A stretch of 64,000 nucleotides of DNA from Deltaproteobacteria bacterium (GTDB lineage Bacteria; Desulfobacterota; Binatia; UBA12015): positions 32,006 through 96,005 of the forward strand of contig JAYGCM010000057.1 of the NCBI GenBank assembly GCA_046583355.1, read 5' to 3'. Of the stretch, positions 19,244 through 29,137 are shown piece by piece. How positions within the stretch are numbered: the first letter of the stretch is position 1; every line of letters starts with the position of its first letter. The translations under genes and the position numbers were made by a program. Below the pieces are notes generated by a model. The model was not told where the DNA came from. It was given only the letters and a program-made list of their open reading frames with translations, and made no database searches.

Positions 19244-21669
19244 GCGCCGATGAATTCACGCGCTCGCTTGCCGAACTCATCCAGGCTGGACGTGCGTTAC
19301 GCGAGCAACCCCGCAGCGCCCGCATCCGCCGGCTGGGCACGATCCTCGAGGGCTTGCTCGCACCCCAAAGCGACCTCATAGGCTGGGCAAGCGAAATCGC
19401 CGAAAGCACCGGCTACGCCACCCCAATGGTCGAAGTCTGCCTGCGACGAAGCCTTGCGGCCTGGAACGACCCGGCTCTGACGGAGAATATCGCCACGGCC
19501 GAGAGCGCGCCGGGTGAGCATGCGGCGCCCGACCTCATCGCCGCCATTCTCGCGCAGAATACACCGGGGCTGGCGATCGGACCGATCGTAACCGCGCTGG
19601 CTCTGGGCTCCGCTGTGGTGGTGAAAAGTGCGCGCGGCGAGCCGCATTTCGCCGAGCGTTTCGTCGCGGCAATTCGCGCCAAGGACCCGATTCTCGGAGC
19701 GGCCTGTGCAGCGTGGGTCTGGCAGGGCGGCGACCCGGATTTCGAAAACCCGCTGGCCGAGGCCGCCGACCGCATCCTCGTCTACGGCGACAGGGCGACG
19801 ATCGCCTCCTGGCGCGAGCGCGCCGGCGAGCGCGTCGTCGCACACGGGCCGCGCATCAGTCTCGCCTTGGTCGGGGACGGACTCGATGCCGCGGGCCTCA
19901 CAGCATTGGCCGAGGATATCGCCTTTCTCGACGGACGCGGCTGCCTCTCGCCGCAGGCGATCCTGACAACACCGGAGGTCGACGCCACGCGGCTCGGCGC
20001 CGGACTCGCCCGCGAATTGGAACTCATTGCCCGACAATGGCCGCGGCGCCGCTTGGCAGGCAGCGCGGCCGCAGGCTTCCGCCAGGCTGTCGCCAGCGCC
20101 GAGATGGCGCTGGCCGCCGGCGCTGCCGGGGCTCTCTTCGGCGGGCACGCGGCGGGCTTCGCGATCGAAGTCCGCGCCGAGGCCCGAACCCCGGCGCGGG
20201 AATCCGCCTCGGCCCTGGAGCCGTCTCCGTTGGATCGCTTCATCCGTATCTATCCGCTGGCGGGTGCCGAAGCCCTGGCCGCCGCGCTCCGGCCACTGCG
20301 CGAGAATCTCGAATGCATCGGCGTAGGCGGTGCGATCGGCGCGCCCTTCGAGGCGACGCTGCGCCGCGCCGGCGTGCCACGAATCTGCCAAATCGGTTCG
20401 ATGCAAGACCCGCCGGCCGCCTGGCAGCCGGCCGGCCCCTTCCTGCACACGCGCCACGATGAGCGGCCCGGCGCGCCCGGCGACCTGCCCGAGCGCTTCC
20501 GCCGCGTCGTCGCACAGACCTCGGAGGCACCGCGCGCGCTTGAGGTCGTCCGTGCGCGCGGCGCCCATATCTTCACCAGCGACGGCCAGGCCCACCTCGA
20601 CCTGCTGGCAGGAATCGGCGTCGCATCGGTCGGCCACGCGCACCCGCGGGTCGCCGCAGCCGTCGCGCGCCAGGCCCGCCTCTATACCCACGTGATGGTC
20701 TACGGCGAAGACGCGCTGGCACCGCAGGTCGAACTGGCCGAGCGCCTCACGGCACGCCTGCCCGCGCATCTCGAAGCCGTCTACTTCACCAATAGCGGCA
20801 CCGAAGCGATCGAAGGTGCGCTCAAGCTGGTGCGCAAGGCCACCGGACGCACGCGAGTGCTCTCCTTTGAAGGTGCCTTCCACGGCGACACCACCGGCTC
20901 GGTCGCGCTTGGCGGCAACCCGCTCTACCGCGAGCCCTTCCGCCCGCTGATCGAAGGCATCGAGCAGATCCCCTGGAATGATGTCGACGCGCTGGCGCGC
21001 ATCGACGAGACCACCGCTGCCGTCTTTGCCGAACCCGTGCAGGCTGAGGCCGGCGTGCGCCTTCCTGCGGCGGATTTCCTGCCGCGCCTACGCGCGCGCT
21101 GCACCGAGGTCGGCGCCCTGCTGGTCTTCGATGAGGTCGTGACCGCCTTCGGCCGTACCGGCCGCTTCTGGGGTTTCGAGCATTGGCCCGAGGCGGCCCC
21201 CGACGTATTGGTGCTGGCAAAATCTCTCGGCGGCGGGCTGCCGCTGGGAGCCTTTATCGCCTCCCACCAACTACTCGCATCCCTCTCAAGCGATCCGCCG
21301 CTGGGCCATGTGACAACCTTCGGCGGCAACCCGGTCTGCTGCGCCGCAGCACTTGCCGCCTTGGACGTTCTTGAAGAAGAAGCATTGGTCGAGCGCAGCG
21401 CGCGTGTCGGTGCCCTCTTCCTTGAAGAGCTGCGCGCGCTGGTCGGCCACGGCGGCCTGGTAGAGGTCCGCGGCCTCGGCATGCTGCTTGGGCTGGAGTT
21501 CGCAACGCCACAGGCGTGCCTGGCGTTTGCCGAAGCCTGCCGCGCCCGCCACCTGCTGCTCGGCTGGACCCTGCACGAAGACCGCGTGATCCGGCTCGCG
21601 CCGCCTCTGATCCTCAGCGACCCCGAACGCAGACACGCCGTGACCGAAATCCGCGCCGCCCTCGCCTGA
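19240..21669 (+). CDS. fusion protein: LuxC-family acyl-CoA/acyl-protein reductase (N-terminal) and class-III PLP aminotransferase (C-terminal)
   Basis: The N-terminal half carries LuxC signatures ILAQNTPGLAIGPIVTALALG, VAHGPRISLALV and FLDGRGCLSPQAIL (active-site Cys). The C-terminal half carries aminotransferase-III signatures including LVFDEVVTAFGRTGRFWGFEHW and LAKSLGGGLPLGA (PLP Lys). There is no stop codon between the two halves. The probable start is a TTG at 19240 overlapping the luxE-like TGA. Confidence 0.75.
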   Translation: MSADEFTRSLAELIQAGRALREQPRSARIRRLGTILEGLLAPQSDLIGWASEIAESTGYATPMVEVCLRRSLAAWNDPALTENIATAESAPGEHAAPDLIAAILAQNTPGLAIGPIVTALALGSAVVVKSARGEPHFAERFVAAIRAKDPILGAACAAWVWQGGDPDFENPLAEAADRILVYGDRATIASWRERAGERVVAHGPRISLALVGDGLDAAGLTALAEDIAFLDGRGCLSPQAILTTPEVDATRLGAGLARELELIARQWPRRRLAGSAAAGFRQAVASAEMALAAGAAGALFGGHAAGFAIEVRAEARTPARESASALEPSPLDRFIRIYPLAGAEALAAALRPLRENLECIGVGGAIGAPFEATLRRAGVPRICQIGSMQDPPAAWQPAGPFLHTRHDERPGAPGDLPERFRRVVAQTSEAPRALEVVRARGAHIFTSDGQAHLDLLAGIGVASVGHAHPRVAAAVARQARLYTHVMVYGEDALAPQVELAERLTARLPAHLEAVYFTNSGTEAIEGALKLVRKATGRTRVLSFEGAFHGDTTGSVALGGNPLYREPFRPLIEGIEQIPWNDVDALARIDETTAAVFAEPVQAEAGVRLPAADFLPRLRARCTEVGALLVFDEVVTAFGRTGRFWGFEHWPEAAPDVLVLAKSLGGGLPLGAFIASHQLLASLSSDPPLGHVTTFGGNPVCCAAALAALDVLEEEALVERSARVGALFLEELRALVGHGGLVEVRGLGMLLGLEFATPQACLAFAEACRARHLLLGWTLHEDRVIRLAPPLILSDPERRHAVTEIRAALA

Positions 21670-21843
21670 GCCCGGTGGGGACGGAGCCCAGTCCTGTGGG
21701 GACGTGTGTTACCTATACTCCTCAGCTGCTGGTGCAGGAGTTGTTGGCCGCGCCGTCGTCGAGTTCGTCGCAGATCAGCTCGAGCCCCATGGTACCGTTC
21801 AGAGTACGGCAGGCCCGGATCGGCGGCGGATTCGCACCCAGCC

Positions 21844-22948
<1,105 letters not shown>

Positions 22949-23026
22949 GCGCGCTTGGATAACGAAGCCCGACGCGGGACGCATCCCGGCCATGCACTTT
23001 CGCCGCGAAACCGTAAGAATACCCCG

Positions 23027-24076
23027 ATGCCAACCAGAACCGAGCGTCGAGGTGCCGTGGGCATCCTCGTCAATCCCTCTTCCGGGCGTGACGTACGACG
23101 CCTGGCGGCGCGCGCCCGCCAGCAGACGATCGAAGCCAAGCGCAATCAGGTGGCGCGCATCGCCGTCGGGATTGCGGCCGCTGGCGCCCGCACGGCCGTC
23201 GTGATGCAGGACCCGATGCGGGCTGCCACCGCTGCGCTCGAGCATATCGGCATCGATATCGAGGTTGAGATTCTCGACGTCGGCGCCAGCCTCAAGGCCG
23301 CCGATACCGCTGCCGCCACCGAGAAGATGCGCGCCTTCGGCTGTGGCGCGATCGTGGTGCTCGGTGGCGACGGCACCAACCGGGTGGTCGCCGGCGCCTG
23401 GCCGGACGCACCTCTGGTCCCTCTCTCGACCGGCACCAATAATGTCTTCCCGGTCCTCGCAGAAGCGACCATGGCAGGTGCCGCCGCAGGCCTGATCGCA
23501 GCCGGCCGGCTACCCCTCGATTCTGTCTCGACACAGGCCAAGATCGTGCATATCGAGAGTGCTGCCGGCGAGACCATCGCGCTGATCGACGCCGTGCGCC
23601 TGGAGGGCGACCACAAGGGCAACCTCATGCCCTTCGACCCGCCGATGCTCCGCGATATCATCCTGACCCGCGCCGAACCCGCGGCCATCGGCATGTCGCC
23701 GATTGGCGGCCTGCTCCTACCATGTTCCCTCGACGACGATTTCGGCGTGCATGTGCGCTGCACCGACCACGCAGGCGGCGGCCGGCCGCTGCTCGCGCCG
23801 ATCTCACCGGGACTCTACGGGACGGTTCATATCGCCGATGTGCGACGCGTCGAGCTCGGCGAGCGAATCGCCATCTCGGGGCCCGGCGTGCTTGCCTTTG
23901 ACGGCGACCGCGAGCTTGTCCTGCGCGCCGGCGAACAGGCCTTCGCCACCATTCGGCGTGACGGCCCGCGCGTCATCGACGTCGGGCGGGCCTTGCACGA
24001 AGCCGCGCGGCTGGGCCTCTACGTTGACCGCGGCCCGTTTCACGATTCGCACGGCGACGCCCCGGGCTGCTGCTGA
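23027..24076 (+). CDS. ATP-NAD kinase / diacylglycerol-kinase-like catalytic domain protein
   Basis: GGDG motif IVVLGGDGTNRVVAG. The ORF's upstream extension from 22850 overlaps prfB, so I take the in-frame ATG at 23027 (MPTRTERRG). Confidence 0.55.
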   Translation: MPTRTERRGAVGILVNPSSGRDVRRLAARARQQTIEAKRNQVARIAVGIAAAGARTAVVMQDPMRAATAALEHIGIDIEVEILDVGASLKAADTAAATEKMRAFGCGAIVVLGGDGTNRVVAGAWPDAPLVPLSTGTNNVFPVLAEATMAGAAAGLIAAGRLPLDSVSTQAKIVHIESAAGETIALIDAVRLEGDHKGNLMPFDPPMLRDIILTRAEPAAIGMSPIGGLLLPCSLDDDFGVHVRCTDHAGGGRPLLAPISPGLYGTVHIADVRRVELGERIAISGPGVLAFDGDRELVLRAGEQAFATIRRDGPRVIDVGRALHEAARLGLYVDRGPFHDSHGDAPGCC

Positions 24077-24106
24077 GTCCGCGCCGCCGGAGGCCCAGCC
24101 GGACGT

Positions 24107-25306
24107 CTAAAGCCCCAGCGACTCCTCGACCAGACCGAGATGGACCTCGGCGCAATCGAGCCAGACCTTCTCGCTGATGAAGGCATGCTGCGAGCCGGTA
24201 TGGAGGTCGCGGAAGCAGCGCTCCAGCACGCTGCCCTTGCGGATCGCCGCTGTCCCCGCATAGCGGTGCGCGAATTCTGCTGCCTCGATCGCGGCCTCGG
24301 TTGCCAGGTTGGTTGCCAGCCGCACGTCCGCACGCTGCGCCAGCGTCGGCTCGGCGCCGGCGTCCGCCACCTGCTGCAATTCATCGAAGGTCGCAAAGAC
24401 GAAGAGACGCGCGGCGCGCAATTTCGCCTCGTGTACCATCAGCCCCTTCTGGAAGGTCGGTTTCTGCGCGATCGGCGCGGGGTCGCCCATTCGGACGCGG
24501 TCCCTGGCCAATGCGGCCACCTCGTCGAGCGCGCGGCGGCCAACGCCCAGCGCCCAGGCGGCGTGCCCCGAGGAGGTAAAGGGCATCATGCCGAGGCGGA
24601 AATGGGGATTGCCGCGTAGCGGCGTGCGCGAGAAGAGCGGGAAGGTGAACTCTGTGGGGACGAAGACGTCGCTGAGTTCGTAATCGTAGCTGCCCGTGCC
24701 CGCGAGCCCCATAACGAACCAGCCATCTTTGAAATCAACCTTGTCACGCGGCACCACCGCGACCATCATCTCCGGCAACCCACCCTCGGCCATGATCGGC
24801 TGACCGTCGGCGTCGAGCGGCATGAAGCCGGATGCGATATAATTCGAATGCCCCGAGCCACTGCCGAACGAATAGCTGCCGCTGACCCGGTAGCCACCCT
24901 CTTCCATCGTCGCGGTACCCCGCGGAAAGAGCTGCCCACCGAGAGTCGCGGCCGGGTTACCGGCAAAAATAGTCTCAACCGCGGCATCGGGCAGAAAAGC
25001 CGCCACCGCCGCGGCGCCAGCGCCATTGGCCATGGCCGTCCACCCCGCCGAACCATCGGCGCGCGAGAGCTCCTCCCAGACCTCCAGCACCTCGCGAAAC
25101 CCGCAGGCCTCGCCACCGAGCTCTTCGGGCAGGACAAAAGAGAAAAGCCCGGCGTCGGCAAGCGCCGTAACGCTCTCGGCGGGCAGCGTCCGCGCCGCCT
25201 CCGCCGCGTCTGCATTCGCTTCCAATACCGGAGAAATTTCACGCGCCCGCGCAAGCGGCGTCTTGGTGGCCAGATTCGTCACACTCATGCTCGGCGACAT
25301 TATCAC
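24107..25306 (-). CDS. acyl-CoA dehydrogenase-fold flavin-dependent monooxygenase (DszC/HsaA-like)
   Basis: ACAD fold with the C-terminal pattern LERCFRDLHTGSQHAFIS, typical of ACAD-like oxygenase components. Starts with GTG. Confidence 0.65.
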   Translation of the reverse strand: MIMSPSMSVTNLATKTPLARAREISPVLEANADAAEAARTLPAESVTALADAGLFSFVLPEELGGEACGFREVLEVWEELSRADGSAGWTAMANGAGAAAVAAFLPDAAVETIFAGNPAATLGGQLFPRGTATMEEGGYRVSGSYSFGSGSGHSNYIASGFMPLDADGQPIMAEGGLPEMMVAVVPRDKVDFKDGWFVMGLAGTGSYDYELSDVFVPTEFTFPLFSRTPLRGNPHFRLGMMPFTSSGHAAWALGVGRRALDEVAALARDRVRMGDPAPIAQKPTFQKGLMVHEAKLRAARLFVFATFDELQQVADAGAEPTLAQRADVRLATNLATEAAIEAAEFAHRYAGTAAIRKGSVLERCFRDLHTGSQHAFISEKVWLDCAEVHLGLVEESLGL

Positions 25307-25334
25307 CCGCCCAGCCAGCCGCCAGCTACACTTA

Positions 25335-25436
25335 ACCGGAGATCAGCCGCTCAATCCGGATCAATGACCAATGGCGCGTTGTTTTCCGCTGGCTTTCCGG
25401 CAACGCGCTCGACGTCGAAGTAGTCGATTACGATTA
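25335..25436 (+). pseudogene. higB (plasmid-killer/HigB toxin family) remnant: only the C-terminal ~31 codons survive
   Basis: The remnant translates EISRSIRINDQWRVVFRWLSGNALDVEVVDYD*. This is the conserved HigB C-terminus (SIRINDQWRxxFxW...DVEIVDYH). It is preceded by an in-frame TAA and has no start codon. It lies 20 nt upstream of higA. Confidence 0.6.
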
Positions 25437-25456
25437 GCGCGGTTGGAGAAGAGACA

Positions 25457-25723
25457 ATGAAAAGACCCAAAAATCCGTTCCATCCCGGCGAGATGCTCCT
25501 CAAGGAGTTTCTCATACCGGCGCAGATGGCGCAGGCTGCATTCGCGAAGAACGTGGGCTGGACACGCGCCCGGCTCAATGAATTGATCCGGGGCAAGCGT
25601 GGAGTCACCGCCGAGTCGGCCCTCGATCTCGCAGACGCCCTGGGAACCTCGGCCAAACTCTGGATGAACCTGCAGGCGACCTGGGATCTCGAGCAGGCCC
25701 GCAAGCGGCGTGACGCCGCCTGA
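25457..25723 (+). CDS. higA: HigA-family antitoxin (XRE helix-turn-helix)
   Basis: FHPGEMLLKEFLIP...AKNVGWTRARLNELIRGKRGVTAESALDLADALGTSAKLWMNLQ is the canonical HigA antidote sequence. Confidence 0.85.
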   Translation: MKRPKNPFHPGEMLLKEFLIPAQMAQAAFAKNVGWTRARLNELIRGKRGVTAESALDLADALGTSAKLWMNLQATWDLEQARKRRDAA

Positions 25724-25740
25724 GTGTCGCGCGGGGTTCT

Positions 25741-26157
25741 TCAGAGCATTCCGAGCGCGGTCGAAATCACCAGAGCCGCCAGGACGATCGTCGAGATCGA
25801 GAACACCGTAAAACGCATCAGCACGTTGTTCACCGTGCACTGGATGAGCGAGTGCACGACGCGGAGCCCGACGTAGCCCCAAGCGAGGCCCACCGCGAGC
25901 CCGTCGGCCTGACCCGCCACCTGAGCCGCGAGAGCTGTCGCGTAGAAAATCGTCGGCTGCTCCATCAGGTGGTTGTAGTTGTCCGAGATCTGCATGATCT
26001 CCGGCGGTAGGTTCAACTCGCGCGTCCGTGCCGCCTCTTGCGGGTCGATCTTCGCTTTGCGCAACGCCGGGATACGGGTGGCGTACATCCATAGCCAGAT
26101 CACCAACGTCCACAGCACCAGCGCCAGAATCGGCGCGACAAGTCCAGCTTGCTCCAT
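25741..26157 (-). CDS. MAPEG-family membrane protein (138 aa)
   Basis: Four-TM small protein. GGGAGG lies 8 nt upstream of the ATG at 26157. The longer 215-aa ORF is a 5' artefact. Confidence 0.65.
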   Translation of the reverse strand: MEQAGLVAPILALVLWTLVIWLWMYATRIPALRKAKIDPQEAARTRELNLPPEIMQISDNYNHLMEQPTIFYATALAAQVAGQADGLAVGLAWGYVGLRVVHSLIQCTVNNVLMRFTVFSISTIVLAALVISTALGML

Positions 26158-26288
26158 ATCGATATCCTCCCGCCCGAACGATAGGCCGAAGGAAGACGCG
26201 GAGGCAAACCGGGCACGCGAGCCGCATTTCGGGTTGATCAGGCGAGGTCGGCTGCGGTGATTCTTGCCGCCGTGCGAAAGTAGCCCGC

Positions 26289-26819
26289 CTAGAGGAACTC
26301 TGCGATAGTGGTTTGTTCCAGTTGGCAATCCGCGGCTTGGTCGCCGTGGACCACATTCAGATATCCCTCGGAGAGCGTGACCGCCCATTGGTTCTGCTTG
26401 CCAATTCCTTCAGCTAGCGCTGCCAGGAAGGGCGGGTCGAGGAGTACCAACTCTATCGCTTCGGCGCGGTGGATACGCTGCGCACGCCATTCTTTGCGAA
26501 GACCGACGGCATGCTTTCCGGTGAATACCGAGACGCGGTCGACCTGCTTGCTGGCGCGATGCAGTCTTTGCGCCGACGGCGCGCCTACATCGATCCAATG
26601 CTTGATATTGCCCTGAAGGTCCTTGGCCCAGAGGGCCGGCTCGTCCACATTGGCCAGGCCACGGCCGAACTCCAGACCTTCTTCATGCGCCAGGACCCTG
26701 GCCAGAACACGGACCACCAGACGGTCGGCATTCTCGGACGGATGCTGCGCCACGCGGAACTGGAGGGTCTCGTAGATATGGCTGTCGATATGAGCCAGCT
26801 CCACTACAAAGCTGCGCAC
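26289..26819 (-). CDS. YaeQ-family protein
   Basis: The N-terminal section, around ELAHIDSHIYETLQFRVAQHPSENADRLVVRVLARVLAH, and the protein length of 176 aa match YaeQ. Confidence 0.75.
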   Translation of the reverse strand: MRSFVVELAHIDSHIYETLQFRVAQHPSENADRLVVRVLARVLAHEEGLEFGRGLANVDEPALWAKDLQGNIKHWIDVGAPSAQRLHRASKQVDRVSVFTGKHAVGLRKEWRAQRIHRAEAIELVLLDPPFLAALAEGIGKQNQWAVTLSEGYLNVVHGDQAADCQLEQTTIAEFL

Positions 26820-27466
26820 GGTGGCTGAGATCGCGATGATAGGCTCCCGTCGATCCTGACCTGTTTTCCGGAGCGAGAAATACCGGTGTCAGGCTCCGGT
26901 CATGAAAGCAGTTACCGTCCGGGAAATGAAGGCGTGGCGGAGGCGTGCCTAGTGCCGCGAGGCTGCGACGAAAAGGGTGCGAGCAGCCCGACGATCATCG
27001 GGCGCTTGCGCTTTCGGGGCAGCTGCCGTTCACCTCGCCGTCGTCGCATTCCTCGCCGGCCTCAACCTCGGCGTTGCCGTATCTGCCTGCCTTGATCCAT
27101 CCGTGTCCTCCCAAAAAGAACACGGTCTACTGGTCAGGCTCGGCTCAAAACCAGACGGGCTGCGGCTGACACGTACCCTTTTGTGGGGTCAGGACTCACA
27201 GGGGGCTTTCGGCATCCAAGGATCCGCGCAGTTTCTGTATCTGGTTGTGGGAGAAACCGGCGCGCGCTGGGAGAAAACCGGCGCCAGCCGGATTCCGTGT
27301 GGACTTTGGCCCATCGTCCGAGAGTGCGCCTGACCGTGAGGACAGTCGCGGGCGCAAGACAGCGGGAACTTCCGTTGACTCCCCAAACTCAACAGCGGAT
27401 ATTCGTCCGAGAAGCGATTTGATTGATCGGCTGACTTGACCCCTCGGTCAGGGGAGCGGAGGCAGA

Positions 27467-28675
27467 ATGGAAGAGGCGAGCGCAACCGCAATCGGGCGGA
27501 TGCCACGGAGTGCAAGCGAGCTTTTCGGCGGCGGCATGATGAGTCCGATGCGTGACGTGCATTGCGTTTATGCGCGTCTGCGGCGCGAGCATCCCGCAGA
27601 ATGCATCAAGAGCGAGGGCGCCGAAACCTGGCTCATTACTCGTTACGACGATGTAAACCGTATTCTGAGCGACGCGCAGACCTTCTCCTCGGCGGCGAAC
27701 GCGCGCGGTATCGGCCTCGTCATGGGGCGCACGCTGATCGAAATGGACGGCGCGGAACACCTGCGCCAACGCCGCCTGGTCACGCCTTCTTTCTCGCCGC
27801 GTGCCGTGCGCGAACGAGCAACTTCGGTCATCGATGAGGCCATCGATACACTCATCGACGATTTTGTCCGCGACGGCCAGGCCGATCTCGTCAGCCAATT
27901 CACCTTCACCTTCCCCATCCGCGTCATCGCGAACCTGATCGGCGTACCAATCGAAGATTTTCATCAATTTCATACATGGGCACTCCAGCTCCTCAGCGTC
28001 CACGACGACCCCAACGCCGGCTTTGCTGCGGCCCGGCATATCGTCGAGCATCTCAAACCGGTCATTGAAGAGCGACGCCGCAAGCCCTGTGGCGACCTCC
28101 TCTCAACGCTCGCGAGTGCCGAGATCGAAGACGAGAAATTGGTCGAAGAAGAGATCCTCAGCTTCCTGCGGCTCTTGCTGCCCGCTGGCGCCGAGACCAC
28201 CTACCGCTTCACCGGGACAATCCTGCACGCGCTGCTGACGCACAGCGACGCGCGGCAGGCCGTGCAAAGGGACTCCGACCGGCTCGATGATGTACTCGAA
28301 GAAGCTCTGCGCTGGGAGGCGCCCGTGCAATTCGTGAGCCGCGAGACGACCTGCACGGTCGAGATCGGCGGCCGGTCCATTCCGGCCGGGGCGATGCTGA
28401 TGACGGCCATCGGCTCAGCCAACCGCGACGAATCCCGCTTCGCCAACCCGGATTGCTTCGACATCGACCGGCCCAACAACCATGAACATCTCGCCTTCGG
28501 CTTCGGTGCGCATTATTGCCTCGGCACCCACCTCGCCCGCCAAGAAGCGCGGCGTGCGGTCGCGCGCCTCCTTGCCAGGCTGCCCAACCTGCGACTCGCC
28601 CCCGAGGCGCAATCCAATATCGTCGGTGTCGCCTTTCGCTCCCCGGACCAGTTGCCGGTCGTCTTCGACACCTGA
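27467..28675 (+). CDS. cytochrome P450
   Basis: Heme-binding loop FGFGAHYCLGTHLAR, the ExxR motif EEALRWE, and GGAGG 5 nt before the ATG. Confidence 0.9.
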   Translation: MEEASATAIGRMPRSASELFGGGMMSPMRDVHCVYARLRREHPAECIKSEGAETWLITRYDDVNRILSDAQTFSSAANARGIGLVMGRTLIEMDGAEHLRQRRLVTPSFSPRAVRERATSVIDEAIDTLIDDFVRDGQADLVSQFTFTFPIRVIANLIGVPIEDFHQFHTWALQLLSVHDDPNAGFAAARHIVEHLKPVIEERRRKPCGDLLSTLASAEIEDEKLVEEEILSFLRLLLPAGAETTYRFTGTILHALLTHSDARQAVQRDSDRLDDVLEEALRWEAPVQFVSRETTCTVEIGGRSIPAGAMLMTAIGSANRDESRFANPDCFDIDRPNNHEHLAFGFGAHYCLGTHLARQEARRAVARLLARLPNLRLAPEAQSNIVGVAFRSPDQLPVVFDT

Positions 28676-28699
28676 TCCGTACGACAGCTCGAGCGCTCT

Positions 28700-29137
28700 T
28701 CAGTCGGCCGGCAGCAGCGCAAGAAGCTCGCGCTGGCGGCCGAGGTGGCGGCGCTCTTCGGCCGCCGAGACCTCGTGGTCATAGCCCAGGAGGTGCAGGA
28801 GGCCGTGTGCCAGAAGCTCGAGGAGTTCGGCCGCAAGCGTATGGCCGCGCTCGCGGGCCTGTCGCTCGGCGGTCGGTACCGAGAGGATCACATCGCCAAG
28901 CAAGGCATCGTCGATGGCGCCCTCGCCCTCGCGTTGCGCAAAGGAGAGGACATCGGTCGGGCGGTCGCGATCGCGGTAGTCGCGGTTCAGGACATGGATC
29001 TCGGCATCGTCCGTGAGCACGATCGAGAGCTCGGCCCCACTCTCGCCCAATGCCTCAAGCCAGAGCGAAGCCGCCGCTTCCAGAGCAGGCGCAAAATCCG
29101 CGAAGCCCTCGCGAGCCGTCAAGCATATTTCGGACAT
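28700..29137 (-). CDS. ybeY: endoribonuclease YbeY (rRNA maturation factor)
   Basis: [11 protein letters not shown] zinc-binding motif in a 145-aa protein. Confidence 0.9.
   Translation of the reverse strand: MSEICLTAREGFADFAPALEAAASLWLEALGESGAELSIVLTDDAEIHVLNRDYRDRDRPTDVLSFAQREGEGAIDDALLGDVILSVPTAERQARERGHTLAAELLELLAHGLLHLLGYDHEVSAAEERRHLGRQRELLALLPAD

Noticed and set aside
21670-21843. Direct repeat GTGGGGACG x2 (21675-21704) between the convergent LuxC-AT and prfB genes, as a possible terminator or repeat element
   Set aside because: Only a weak 4-bp stem (GGAC/GTCC) can be drawn and no T-tract follows. It is most likely coincidental in GC-rich DNA, so I did not call it a feature.
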